Source: Methanothrix sp.
GTDB taxonomy: Archaea > Halobacteriota > Methanosarcinia > Methanotrichales > Methanotrichaceae
Length of the DNA: 64,000 nt
Assembly (NCBI GenBank): GCA_963682135.1
Contig: OY821645.1
Location: 448,001-512,000, forward strand
Reading direction: 5' to 3'
Of the stretch, positions 17,430-27,634 are shown piece by piece; the first letter of the stretch is position 1, and the number at the start of each line of letters is the position of its first letter. The notes under the pieces are model-generated. The model made no database searches, was not told the origin of the DNA, and worked only from the letters and a program-made list of their open reading frames with translations. The position numbers and the translations under genes are program-made.

Positions 17430-18908
17430 CTATCCCTTGCTTTTTCTGTAAAGGTGCAATTCGCCGAAACCCGCTGGATACAGCGATTGCCCGTTTATAA
17501 AATTGACCGGTATTCGCTCTGCCGTATCGTATGCATCCAGATGAGGATTGCTTGGAGATGGAGAATATGGATCTTTACAGGTTGCTGCGTTGACGTTCTT
17601 GGTCCCTCTGGCATTATCATATCCCGGTATCTTCTGGTCGCCATATCTAAAAGCCAGTTGGCTATGACTGTAATACGGTTTCTCAAGCGAGACCATGGTT
17701 TGGGCAGAGCTCGCATAAACACCGCATGTTATCCTTTTGAACGTTCCGGAATTCGGGATAACCGGTTCGCCGTGCTCATTGTATTCTGTCAGAATAGGGT
17801 CGCATCCATCACAATTGAATATCACCCCGTCAACTCCTGAAGACACAGAAGCATCCAGTATTTGCATTCCCCCGGATGGGATCAGCTGGATAGCCAGCGG
17901 CGGATTGTCTGCGGTTGCACCATTCTCTTTTTTCATACCGACGGTTCGCCGCAATCGTTTAAGTCTATGATCCAGACAAACCTCTACCCCTATTTGCAAA
18001 AGATCATCAATGGATTCAATAATATATGGAACGCTCATCCTGGCAGCCAGCGGCGCAGCCTTCGTGTTCTTGTCGCCTTCGTAGATGCTAATGGATGGAT
18101 AGCCAGCCATCCATTCTGTAATCATTCCGCCATGAGACAGCATACCATCCGCGTCCAGCATTCCCATTGTGAGGTCTACAGTGGACTCATTCTGTTTTTC
18201 ATAGCCGAAACAACGCACTCTTTTCTCGTCCCGCACGAAGAGTGCCCCTCGATTTCTTACTATGCACAGAGGGTTGGCTCTGTAGTGAATCATCAACTCA
18301 TCAATGTGTTTTTCTGTTTCTGAAACAGGACCCCCCATATTCAAGTAGCTGAATGCCTTGATACGCGGACCTAGCGTAAGCGAGTCGAGCCTATTCGTAA
18401 TACCGAGACAGGCTATCTCCTTGTTCAGGGCTTTCAGTCGCTCTTCCACTCTACCCGATGAGAGAAATTCACTGATATTCGGTTCGTTACACGTGAGAAC
18501 CGAGCCGATACAAAACAGCCAAACCTCGTTATTCAACACGGATGATAGCTTAGCAATCTCGTCCTTGAGTTTCGAGCAGATATACTCATAAGGATACTTG
18601 TCGCCAATAGTGACCTCGGGATAAGGCCCCTGTCCACAATGAAAGAAGAACTCAGGAATTACGAACCAATTCCGAGTCGTAGCGGTGTGCGCATGGACGG
18701 ATTCGTCACGCGCCTGGAGAAAGGTTTTCACCAGATAGCCGATTCTCTTATCAATGTCGATTTTGATTTGCTCCGTTGACGTGTCCGCATTGGCCCCCGC
18801 CCACCGCCCCGCGATCCATCGACTGTTTTTCCACAAAGGAGTGACGTCCGACGGCCCAGTGTACAGAGCCCATGCGATATATGTATCATCCGTTACGGTC
18901 ATATTCAT
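17430..18908 (-). CDS. Hypothetical protein, divergent carbon-nitrogen hydrolase (nitrilase) fold
   Basis: FVIPEFFF, YEKQ, GVEVCLDH match the order of the E-K-C triad. Confidence 0.6.
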   Translation of the reverse strand: MNMTVTDDTYIAWALYTGPSDVTPLWKNSRWIAGRWAGANADTSTEQIKIDIDKRIGYLVKTFLQARDESVHAHTATTRNWFVIPEFFFHCGQGPYPEVTIGDKYPYEYICSKLKDEIAKLSSVLNNEVWLFCIGSVLTCNEPNISEFLSSGRVEERLKALNKEIACLGITNRLDSLTLGPRIKAFSYLNMGGPVSETEKHIDELMIHYRANPLCIVRNRGALFVRDEKRVRCFGYEKQNESTVDLTMGMLDADGMLSHGGMITEWMAGYPSISIYEGDKNTKAAPLAARMSVPYIIESIDDLLQIGVEVCLDHRLKRLRRTVGMKKENGATADNPPLAIQLIPSGGMQILDASVSSGVDGVIFNCDGCDPILTEYNEHGEPVIPNSGTFKRITCGVYASSAQTMVSLEKPYYSHSQLAFRYGDQKIPGYDNARGTKNVNAATCKDPYSPSPSNPHLDAYDTAERIPVNFINGQSLYPAGFGELHLYRKSKG

Positions 18909-19130
18909 CTACATAACGTTTCATTCAAATAAACTATTTAATGTTTTGTCCAGGCAGCCATCCGGCTATAGACCGGGATTCTTGAAAGAAGTGGAAAACA
19001 GGGACTCCTTCCTATTCGCGAAAGAGTTGTTGATGGCGAAGCTGCGCCAATTGAAGTGGGAATGCTTGCAGTGGCTCCCAATATATATCGCAGCAAAACT
19101 AAATTGTTATTATACAAATTGGCATTCAAT

Positions 19131-20465
19131 TCATGTCAGATGCGGTCCGCCCTGAGCGTATTTCGCATCGTCTTGTACCGCCAGCCAATCGAAATCATTG
19201 AAGCTTTGAGGAGTCAGTGCGAAGTAGGTCGGATTTAATTTGCTGGCAGAGCGAACCGGAAGACCCGCGATTTCCGAGGCGATAAGCCCCACGCCTTTGT
19301 GAGTGGGAATGAACCTTCCCGGCCCAGGCATAGCGGTCAGACGTGCTTCAAGAGTGCCTTCTTCCGGCTGGCCAATGCCGTTGGCATCCGAAACTGCAAC
19401 AGCCGTTCCTATGACCGCATAGCTCTGGCCGAAGATCTCATTAAGGTGCGCTCCTGCCGGCCACCAGGCCAGCTTGGCGCTGCCCAGCTGCCACTCTGCT
19501 TTTCCTCGCTTTAGATGGCTGTTGTGAGCAAAGGCCAACACCCTTCCCCGGCTACGCTCTTGGGAGACCACGTACGCCAGGTTATCTGCCATCATGGCGT
19601 CACGCAGGCCCAGACATTCGACAATCCTTTTGCATGGCTCAGATTTTCGCGCCAGAGCGGCGTGATAATTGAGCAACTGCCGCGCGATCCTGGCATACTG
19701 CATGGCTTCTAAATAGCGATTCTCCCCGCTCTTCGCCGCCAGCTCAGGACGGTGCACTTGCAGTTGTGCGATGAGATCCTCTACCTCAATTCGCAAGTCT
19801 GTGGCGGCTGGCGAGAGACCTATCGATTTTTCGGGGTCCATCGTGGCAGCAGGATTCTCCCAGTCAGAGTCCGGGCCGAGAAGAGAATCGATGCGAAGGC
19901 GTTGCTCCTGGACGCAGGCGGCGTCGATCGAGGCAAGGTAATCCAGAACAAAATGCAAAACTTGTCTGGGACTATCGGAAAACATCATCTCGGTGGGACT
20001 GTCGAAACCGTAGAATTGGAGCTTGATGTGATGGGAGGGATTGGCATTATACTCCTTCATCCACTCCACAAGCTCTCGATTGGCATCGAGCTGGCCAAAG
20101 CCGTGACTAAATCCCGCCACCTGCAGGGCGTCGTACGATTCCGGGCCGCGACCGGCCACGTACTCGTTCACGGCGCGCGCCCGCGGGAAACTGCTCTCCA
20201 CGGCAATGGCGCTGTAGCCGTGCTTCTCCACCAGGCGCTGGAAGAGCCTGTTACGAAGCATAAGAATGTCCTCGCCGCCGTGCATTGCTTCTCCCAGGCC
20301 CAGCAGCTTCAGAGAGGGGTCAAGTGAGGCCATGACCCTGTCCACGCAGGCGCAAAAGGATGGGGGCGAATCGAGGGAGAAGGGAAAGGCTTCATGCAAA
20401 ATCCAATCGTCGAGGGTGTCGTAAACCGGGTCGGAGTTTTTCTGGAGAAATAGACTTTCTTTCAT
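19131..20465 (-). CDS. Erythromycin esterase (Ere) family protein
   Basis: LGLGEAMHG, AIAVES, FYGFD, RDAMMADN, AHNSH. Confidence 0.88.
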   Translation of the reverse strand: MKESLFLQKNSDPVYDTLDDWILHEAFPFSLDSPPSFCACVDRVMASLDPSLKLLGLGEAMHGGEDILMLRNRLFQRLVEKHGYSAIAVESSFPRARAVNEYVAGRGPESYDALQVAGFSHGFGQLDANRELVEWMKEYNANPSHHIKLQFYGFDSPTEMMFSDSPRQVLHFVLDYLASIDAACVQEQRLRIDSLLGPDSDWENPAATMDPEKSIGLSPAATDLRIEVEDLIAQLQVHRPELAAKSGENRYLEAMQYARIARQLLNYHAALARKSEPCKRIVECLGLRDAMMADNLAYVVSQERSRGRVLAFAHNSHLKRGKAEWQLGSAKLAWWPAGAHLNEIFGQSYAVIGTAVAVSDANGIGQPEEGTLEARLTAMPGPGRFIPTHKGVGLIASEIAGLPVRSASKLNPTYFALTPQSFNDFDWLAVQDDAKYAQGGPHLT

Positions 20466-20468
20466 TTT

Positions 20469-23400
20469 CTAAATCGCCTCCACCTTGCTATTTCCCAGCT
20501 CGTCCTCCACCACCATGAGTGTGTTATCAAACTGCCCCTGCACGTCGCTGATGTGGCTGATGGCGATGATCTGGGGAAAACGCTCCTCCAGGCTTCTCAG
20601 CATCTGGATCATCTTCTCTCTGTGCTCCTGGTCCTGGCTGCCGAAGACCTCGTCCAGAATTAGGAAGGAGTAACTCTCTCCATCCGGCCCAAAGCGCATC
20701 AGATACTCGCTGATGGCCACCCGCACAGAGACGGCAATCATGTCGATCTCCCCGCCCGAGTAACGGGAGATGGGATACCATTCGCCCCCGTCCTCGACCT
20801 GTATGTTGAAGTCATCATCGATCTTGATCAGGCTGTACTTGCCGGATACCTCTTCCAGGATCTCTCCGGCGGATCGGGCAATGTCGTTCTTGACCCGGAT
20901 CAGGACCTGGTCCATGAAGCTGTTAACCAGGCTTCGAGTCACCTCCACTACCTCCATCCTCCGGCCTACCAGGGCAGCCTTCTTTTCCAGCTCTTTTTTC
21001 CTCTGCGCTTCCTGCACAAGCCTCTCCCGGGCAGCCAGGAGTACACCCATCTGCACCTGCCGCTCGGAAACCACCTTGCGGGCCGCTTCCAGCTCGCCTT
21101 CGGCGCTTGCCAGCATGGCTTTTGTCTTTTCATGCTCCTCTGAGCTGTAAGCCAGGGCAGACAGATTCTGCCTGCACTCCATGAGATCCAAATTGAGCTT
21201 TTGCCGGGCTGCCTGGGCCGCCGCCAGCCTCTCTCGCGCAGGGGTCTCGCCTGCCATGGTGAGGCAAATGGTCTGCGCCTCTTTCTCCGCTGCTCCCAGC
21301 TCTTTCTTCTCCTTGGAGAGGACCTCAAATTCCTGCGGATCATAGCCCAGGTCTCTTTGCGAGATATGCAGATCTTGCAATGCCAAATCGAGCCTCTCAA
21401 TCTCCTGCTCTTGCCTTCTTATCCGATCCTTAAGGCCGGGAATTTGTGTCACCCTCTCCGAGAGAGAAAGGAAGCGATCGTGCAGCGGCTTGAGAGATGC
21501 CTCGCGCTTTCTGGCTTCCAGGTACTCGGATTCAGCATAGCCCAGGGCCTGTATCTCCTCAGCAAGCTGCCCCTGCCGCTTTGCAATGGATGGCAGCTCC
21601 TTCTCTCGCGCCTCTATCTCGCTTTCCAGTCCCGGCAGATCCTCCAGCCGCCGGGATAGAGCCGCATGCTCCATGACCAACAGGGTGATGGCCTTCAGGG
21701 CCTTTTCCACCCCGGCAAGCTTTCCGGCATCAAAGCTGACCCTTCCCAGCATTTCTATCTTCGATGTGAGATCCCTGATCTCGGATTGCAGCTCCTGCAT
21801 CTGCATGGCCAGGCCCCTCAGTTCCGCTTGCAATGCCGAGCGCCGGCTCTTTTGGGCATTGATCTCATCAAAAGCCGCTCGCAAATTGCTCCTCGACCTG
21901 GTGGCACCCTCAATCTTCTCTGTCTGAGAGGCAATCCCGGCGGCGAGCTTCTCCTTCTCTGCTTTCGCAATTGTAGCAGTCTCTTCATACTTCTTAATGA
22001 GCAGGTCGCGCTGGCCCTCCAGCGGCCTCTCGCAAGTGGGGCAGAGCCCTTCTGCTCCCAGAGCCATGACCTTTTTTATGGATCGCTGCGCATCTGTCTG
22101 GGCAAGCTCCTGCGCCCTGTAGCTTCCCCTCAATTCTGCCAGGACGAGGGTTAGCTCGCTGACGAGCTGATCCAGATCCTTATCCTGGCGGCGTAGCGCT
22201 GCCTCCCTCTCTTCAATGCTTTGCAGGCTCTCCATCTCAGCACGCGCTGCTGCCGCCTCTCCTTTCAGCCTGGCCAGCCGTTCATCCAGAACCTTCCTTC
22301 GTGCCAACAGCCCGTCCAGCTCTTTTTGCAGATCTCTTTGCCGAACAATCTCTGCCAGCTCGATTTTGATCTTCTTTTCGTCCTCAGGGCAGGATGCAAT
22401 CTCCTTTAACCTGGACTGAGAGATGTGCAGCTCATCAATCATTTTTTTCGTGCGGGAGAGGCTGGCTGCAGTTGCTTGCTCTCTGATTGCGTCCTCCTTC
22501 TGCCGAGCCTGCATCTCGTTATGCCTATCCCGGAGGGTCTCCAGAGCGAGAAGCTGGACCTGCAACTTTGTATGCTCCTCCTCTTTGGGCTGCAGTTCCT
22601 CCAGCATTTTTGCGCCTCTGTCCAGCTCCAGAAGGCTTCTTTGGCTTTCAGCAAAAGCTTTTTTTTCGCCCTGGATAGCGGCCTCCTGGGCAGCTATGCG
22701 CCGCGCGGTCTCTTCATAGACTGCTCTTCGAGGCTGCAAGATTTCCAGCCGATCCCTGATGCCGGCCAGCCTATCCAGCCTGCACTGAAGATCGGATAGC
22801 CTCTTTTTGCAGGCGTCGATCTCCAAGAGCCGCAACTCTTCCGCTTTTACGGTATCTTTCAGCTCCCGGTCTGCCGCCTCCAGACCCTTTGCCTGCTCTG
22901 CAAAAAGGCCATGGCAGTGCATCTTCTCAGCCATAGCCTCCAATTCCAGCCGTCTCCTCTCCGCGACTTCCAAAAAGCCCGCCCTGCTCCTCTCTGCATC
23001 TTGCAGGCCTTTTTCCCCGGTTAGAATCTGCAAAGAGGCATTCTCCAGCCGGATCTCTACATCTGCGGTCTCTGCCAATGCTCCCGCCAGCCAGCTCTTC
23101 TTCTCCTCCAGGGAATCACGATCGGCTTTGATCTGCATTATGGCATTTTCCTTGATATCCTCCAGGCCCAGGAGCTTGAGCAGATATTCCCTCTTGCCCA
23201 TCCCGCCCTCTTTGAGCAGATTGTCCAGGTCCTTTTGCCGGGCGTAGAAGGTCTTCATAAAGTCCTGATAGCTGATATTCAGGATCTCCTCAAGCCTTGC
23301 ATCCACCTCTTTGCTTCCTGTGGCAGTCCTTTGCCCATCCAGCTCCAGAAAGGCCTCTGCCATCAAGCCCTTTCCTTTCATGGCCCGGTAGATGACCAAC

Positions 23401-23648
23401 TCCTGCTTGCCCAAGGAGAGTGTCAGGCGGGTCTCCACAGAATCGGATTCTCTGGCCCGGGCATTGCGAATGAAGTCTCTCTTGATGCTTGAAGCCCGGT
23501 TGCCGTAAAGAGCCCAGGCAATGGCTTCCACTATGGTGCTCTTGCCGGCTCCATTGCTGCCCACGATACCGGTAAGCCCATCGGAAAACTCGATCTGTGC
23601 GTGGCGGAATTTTTTGAAGTTTTTCATGACCAGCTGATTAAGATGCAT
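20469..23648 (-). CDS. rad50: Rad50/SbcC ATPase
   Basis: Walker A GSNGAGKST, coiled coils, CPTC zinc hook, YSGGE signature, LILDE Walker B. Confidence 0.95.
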   Translation of the reverse strand: MHLNQLVMKNFKKFRHAQIEFSDGLTGIVGSNGAGKSTIVEAIAWALYGNRASSIKRDFIRNARARESDSVETRLTLSLGKQELVIYRAMKGKGLMAEAFLELDGQRTATGSKEVDARLEEILNISYQDFMKTFYARQKDLDNLLKEGGMGKREYLLKLLGLEDIKENAIMQIKADRDSLEEKKSWLAGALAETADVEIRLENASLQILTGEKGLQDAERSRAGFLEVAERRRLELEAMAEKMHCHGLFAEQAKGLEAADRELKDTVKAEELRLLEIDACKKRLSDLQCRLDRLAGIRDRLEILQPRRAVYEETARRIAAQEAAIQGEKKAFAESQRSLLELDRGAKMLEELQPKEEEHTKLQVQLLALETLRDRHNEMQARQKEDAIREQATAASLSRTKKMIDELHISQSRLKEIASCPEDEKKIKIELAEIVRQRDLQKELDGLLARRKVLDERLARLKGEAAAARAEMESLQSIEEREAALRRQDKDLDQLVSELTLVLAELRGSYRAQELAQTDAQRSIKKVMALGAEGLCPTCERPLEGQRDLLIKKYEETATIAKAEKEKLAAGIASQTEKIEGATRSRSNLRAAFDEINAQKSRRSALQAELRGLAMQMQELQSEIRDLTSKIEMLGRVSFDAGKLAGVEKALKAITLLVMEHAALSRRLEDLPGLESEIEAREKELPSIAKRQGQLAEEIQALGYAESEYLEARKREASLKPLHDRFLSLSERVTQIPGLKDRIRRQEQEIERLDLALQDLHISQRDLGYDPQEFEVLSKEKKELGAAEKEAQTICLTMAGETPARERLAAAQAARQKLNLDLMECRQNLSALAYSSEEHEKTKAMLASAEGELEAARKVVSERQVQMGVLLAARERLVQEAQRKKELEKKAALVGRRMEVVEVTRSLVNSFMDQVLIRVKNDIARSAGEILEEVSGKYSLIKIDDDFNIQVEDGGEWYPISRYSGGEIDMIAVSVRVAISEYLMRFGPDGESYSFLILDEVFGSQDQEHREKMIQMLRSLEERFPQIIAISHISDVQGQFDNTLMVVEDELGNSKVEAI

Positions 23649-24780
23649 CCAATGCCTCTCTATGCCTGGCAAGTACTGCCCTCTTCATAATCTCCGATCC
23701 GTAGGATACAACCTCATCCTTAATCCTTCCAGGTATCAGCTCTCGTGATGAGTCTTCTGTCAGGTAGCCGGAAAACTCCTCGTGCAGCGTCCGCCGGTCT
23801 ACGGGCCGTTCAAAATGCTCCTCAACATCAGCAAACTCCGTGCGGATCTTGAAGTAAAGGGCAGAGGCACCCAGCCTGTTCAATCTTGTCTGGTCTATGC
23901 TCCTGTAGGCTGCGCGGCTCACGTTCTTGAGAGTGATGCGCACCATTTCATCTCTGATTTCATCCTCAGGACATAACGCCAGCAGGCATTGTGCTATCTC
24001 CTCCGATCGCATGCCTCTGCAATCTATTGCCGGGTGGTCGATCATATACCTGGGCTTTACCGGAACACTCTCTGCTTCTCCGCTCTCCAGGTCCACCAGC
24101 AGCATTCCTTTCTCGTCCTGGGCCTCGCCGAAGTTGAAGTACTCCAGCGAGCCGCTGTACCAGGCGTTCTGGGAGAGCTGCGCCTGTCCATGAAAGTGGC
24201 CCAGAGCAATATAATCAAAATCGCTCTTGAGGAAGCTGTCCTTCAGCTCATGCTCCCCCACGCTCCTCATCTTTCGATTCTGGAGCGACTCAACCAGGCC
24301 GTGCATGACCAGCACATCTCTTCCCGAGCGTTCTATCTTCTCATATTCGGTCAGGTAGTCTTGCGGCTCCAGGCAGAAGGGAATGCAATGGAAATAGTGG
24401 TCTCCCACTTCAATTCGTTCATACTTGTACCGCTGAGCGATATGCACGCCCCGCAGATCCTCAAAGAGACGGAAGGGACTGGTGGATGAGAAGCTCTTAG
24501 GGGCATCGTGATTGCCACTGATTATGATAACAGGTATGTCCTCCTTCATGAGCCGCATGAGGCCCCTCTGGAAGACCACCAGGGGCTTGATCTTGGGGCG
24601 AACATGATGAAAGACATCGCCGGCATGAACAACCGCATCCGGTCGCAGATCTATTATCTTCTCGACGGCCTGCTCAAATCCGGAATATACCGTCTCTTCT
24701 ACGCGATTTCTGCCGTGCTCATCCAGGCGGCTGTAGCTGGAAAAGCCCAGGTGCGAATCAGCCAGGTGAATTATCTTCAT
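23638..24780 (-). CDS. mre11: Mre11/SbcD nuclease
   Basis: ADSHLG, AGDVFH, GNHD, ALGHFH phosphoesterase motifs. Confidence 0.95.
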   Translation of the reverse strand: MKIIHLADSHLGFSSYSRLDEHGRNRVEETVYSGFEQAVEKIIDLRPDAVVHAGDVFHHVRPKIKPLVVFQRGLMRLMKEDIPVIIISGNHDAPKSFSSTSPFRLFEDLRGVHIAQRYKYERIEVGDHYFHCIPFCLEPQDYLTEYEKIERSGRDVLVMHGLVESLQNRKMRSVGEHELKDSFLKSDFDYIALGHFHGQAQLSQNAWYSGSLEYFNFGEAQDEKGMLLVDLESGEAESVPVKPRYMIDHPAIDCRGMRSEEIAQCLLALCPEDEIRDEMVRITLKNVSRAAYRSIDQTRLNRLGASALYFKIRTEFADVEEHFERPVDRRTLHEEFSGYLTEDSSRELIPGRIKDEVVSYGSEIMKRAVLARHREALDAS

Positions 24781-24791
24781 GCGCTTTCATC

Positions 24792-26432
24792 CTAATCTAA
24801 GAACGGCTTGAAGCCGCCTCTGGTGATAAGGCTCTCCGGCTTATCTTCCTTATCCAGACGGCGCAAGTAATCCTCGTAGCGGTGTATCCTGGCGGGCACG
24901 GGAAATGGGATTTTCAGAGTGGATACAACGGCTTCACCCTTCTCCAGAGTCTGAATCTCGGTATCCATGGAGGAGAGGTCCTGCTTGGCCGATTCTTCCA
25001 GTTGCATTCGGTCATTTTTGTCTCCCAGGCCCATGACCACCAGGGTGTTGAACTGAGAGAGAAGCTGTTTGTCTATGAGCTTGGGCTGCTGGGTGATGGC
25101 ACACAGGCCCACCCCGAATTTGCGGCCTTCCCGAGCGATGCTCTCAAAGCGCGCTGTGTTGCTGCCTGCGCCCAAGACTCTCTGCGCCTCCTCGATGGTG
25201 ATGAGACAGTTCTTTCTTTCCGGTTTACCCTCTTCTTTGTAAGTATCCAGAATACATCGGGAAAGGATGGAGAGCAAAAACAGCTCACTGCGATCGCTCA
25301 TCTTGGGAATGTCCACCAGAACCACTTTGCCATCTTGCAGATTCGTCAAAATGTTGGGTATACTGGTACGAATGTTATCGATATATCCATTCTTGGATAA
25401 GAGGTTCTTGATTCTTTGGGCGATCTTGCCCGCGGTGCCCTCAATGACATTTTCTTTGAGTAGCTGGGACATTCCTTCAGGAGTCTGGATTTCAGTGAGC
25501 CAATCTCGATTGAAGATTCGGGGAATAACATCAAGAGCATCTTTTTGTGCAATAGACCAATCGAAATAGAGTTCAACATCAGATGGTTCAATATCTTTTA
25601 TCCCGATAGCCAGCTCCTCTACCCCCGGGTCGGAGGCGTTCTGCTTGCTTGTTGAATAGCAGGCGAGACCATCACGATATTTCTTGAGATGAGTCAGACC
25701 TTTGATAGGACCCTTGCCTTTCAAGTATTCTCCGTGAGGATCGACGATGAGAAGCCCGAATTTGGACTCGCCCCGCACGGCGAGGCGCATGCAGGAGGCG
25801 GCGAAGACCTTCATGAAGTTGGATTTGCCCATGCCCGTGGTTGCGAAGACGCCCATGTGATGGTCCATGGCCTGGCTATGCAGGGCCACCGGAATCTCTT
25901 CTACCAGTCGGGAACCGTTTCTCAGATAGCCGATCTCGATGTCTCCCATGACCTGGCTTAGAAACTTAAATTCCTCAGTCTCTGCTCGCACGACGTTTGC
26001 AAACTTTGTGGGCAATGTCCTGGACTTTTTAAACTCCAGGTTTTTATTTATGCAACCTAAAGGCTCGGCGATGACGCGGTTGAAGATTTGATCATCGTCG
26101 AAGAACTGGGTGCCTTTTATGGTTGTGTCCCAGTGGCCGTCATAGTTGGAGCTGTGCTCGATGTTCAGAACGCGGGCGAGAAAAGTCAGTCCCTGGTCTT
26201 TTATGGAGAAGATCTGCCCCACCTCTACCCTCTCTTCATCTGGAAGGATGAATGGTACTGTGAAATGATATTCGGTTACGCTCTTGGAGACTATTTTGTA
26301 GGTCGTGTCCCCCTTCTCTATTACCTTTCGTTTCAACAGGCTTGATCCCCCAGGTACCAGTCTCTCCTCTTGCGTTGTCGCCACTTTTATATCTCCCACC
26401 TTTTCGCTTGCATGATTTCCTTCATTTATCAA
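24792..26432 (-). CDS. herA: HerA helicase/ATPase
   Basis: HMGVFATTGMGKSN, VDPHGEY, IEEAQ, AREGRKFG...ITQQP. Confidence 0.93.
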   Translation of the reverse strand: MINEGNHASEKVGDIKVATTQEERLVPGGSSLLKRKVIEKGDTTYKIVSKSVTEYHFTVPFILPDEERVEVGQIFSIKDQGLTFLARVLNIEHSSNYDGHWDTTIKGTQFFDDDQIFNRVIAEPLGCINKNLEFKKSRTLPTKFANVVRAETEEFKFLSQVMGDIEIGYLRNGSRLVEEIPVALHSQAMDHHMGVFATTGMGKSNFMKVFAASCMRLAVRGESKFGLLIVDPHGEYLKGKGPIKGLTHLKKYRDGLACYSTSKQNASDPGVEELAIGIKDIEPSDVELYFDWSIAQKDALDVIPRIFNRDWLTEIQTPEGMSQLLKENVIEGTAGKIAQRIKNLLSKNGYIDNIRTSIPNILTNLQDGKVVLVDIPKMSDRSELFLLSILSRCILDTYKEEGKPERKNCLITIEEAQRVLGAGSNTARFESIAREGRKFGVGLCAITQQPKLIDKQLLSQFNTLVVMGLGDKNDRMQLEESAKQDLSSMDTEIQTLEKGEAVVSTLKIPFPVPARIHRYEDYLRRLDKEDKPESLITRGGFKPFLD

Positions 26433-26445
26433 GGGCCTGTCTTTT

Positions 26446-27465
26446 CTAAAACCCAGACCTCATCTCCAGGATGTCATGGAAGTCCTGCATAAGCATTCTT
26501 ATCTCCGAATGGGGCATGCCCATCTCCAAAAGCTGCCCCATGAGCTTCTGGCGTACAGCTGCCCCTTCATCCTCGGTGATCCTGATATCCCGGTGCGCCC
26601 GGAAGAGGGCGTGAGGATACCCCAGGCACTCGGAGGAGCAGGAGTAGGCGGCCAGCTTTCCCAGAACCATTGCCATTTCGCTCTGGAGAAAGGAAGGCGC
26701 ATCCACCCGGAAGGCGTGCTCAGACTCCCCACAAAAACGAACGATGTAGGTCTGGCCGTTCCATCTGCCCTGGCCGGCATCCACTTTTTTATCCTTCAGG
26801 CTGAGATACCAGGCAGCGCCCGGCGCCATCAGGCTGCCGGCCATGCTGGTATGCCGCACAAATGGCAAGCTGATCTCCTCGCCCCAGAAGAGAGAGCTGG
26901 ATTTGGCCACAGCCAGAAGCGCGACGCTTTTCTCCTCTGCTCGGGCAAAGATGATAGCTAGAGCGCCTCTCAGGAGTTCAAAGACGTCAAAGCTGCCGTC
27001 GTAAAGGATGATGTCCCCTGCATGGGCCTCGCTCAGGGCATCATTTATGGCTACATACTCCTGCAGCTCTCGATAGTAGCTGGAGAGTCGATCCCGATCC
27101 GATTCCTTGAGATCGACTCCCTCCAAACCGAAGAATTCCCTCAGGTAGGGATCGAACATATTCTTGCATTGCTTGGGGTCCGCCAGCAGGACATCGTCAA
27201 AGGTGATGACCGTGCGCCTCCAGACTCTTCCCTGGTAGACGGCATAGCCTGCTCGGATAAGGTTCACATTGGCCGTCGACCAGTTGCAGATGGCGGCATT
27301 CGAGCCATCCACTGCGAATATCTCTCCGGAAAATTCATGGGGCTGCACGGGCACGAAGTCGCAGATTTGCACCCCAGTCTCAGCCAGATATCTGTCAATT
27401 CCATCCAGGGAGATATGATCGCGGATCATTTCTGCAACCAGGGATAGGCGGCTATCATCTTCCAT
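26446..27465 (-). CDS. nurA: NurA nuclease
   Basis: AVDGS, LYDGS, VAKSS, GYPHALFRAH; first gene of nurA-herA-mre11-rad50. Confidence 0.9.
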   Translation of the reverse strand: MEDDSRLSLVAEMIRDHISLDGIDRYLAETGVQICDFVPVQPHEFSGEIFAVDGSNAAICNWSTANVNLIRAGYAVYQGRVWRRTVITFDDVLLADPKQCKNMFDPYLREFFGLEGVDLKESDRDRLSSYYRELQEYVAINDALSEAHAGDIILYDGSFDVFELLRGALAIIFARAEEKSVALLAVAKSSSLFWGEEISLPFVRHTSMAGSLMAPGAAWYLSLKDKKVDAGQGRWNGQTYIVRFCGESEHAFRVDAPSFLQSEMAMVLGKLAAYSCSSECLGYPHALFRAHRDIRITEDEGAAVRQKLMGQLLEMGMPHSEIRMLMQDFHDILEMRSGF

Positions 27466-27634
27466 TCAAATTATTGTGAGATTACGGCAAAGTATATACG
27501 GATTGCTCCTTGGCAAGATGCTCCAAAAAATTTTAATATGATTAATATTGATCAGTATAATAAACGGTGGTCTTGAAGATGCAAAAACTAATTTTTCCCA
27601 ATATTCGAGTTTTCTAAAAAATTAATATGCAGCC

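Larger units (their letters stand above)
12200..19130. mobile_element. Accessory island (TA modules, orphan AT-rich ORFs, GC-rich interspersed repeats); no integrase seen
   Basis: Abrupt composition shifts, pseudogenes and an internal duplication between purL and the esterase/rad50 block. Confidence 0.6.

Noticed and set aside
20469-27465. HerA/NurA as an anti-phage system
   Set aside because: It is the standard archaeal nurA-herA-mre11-rad50 repair operon.
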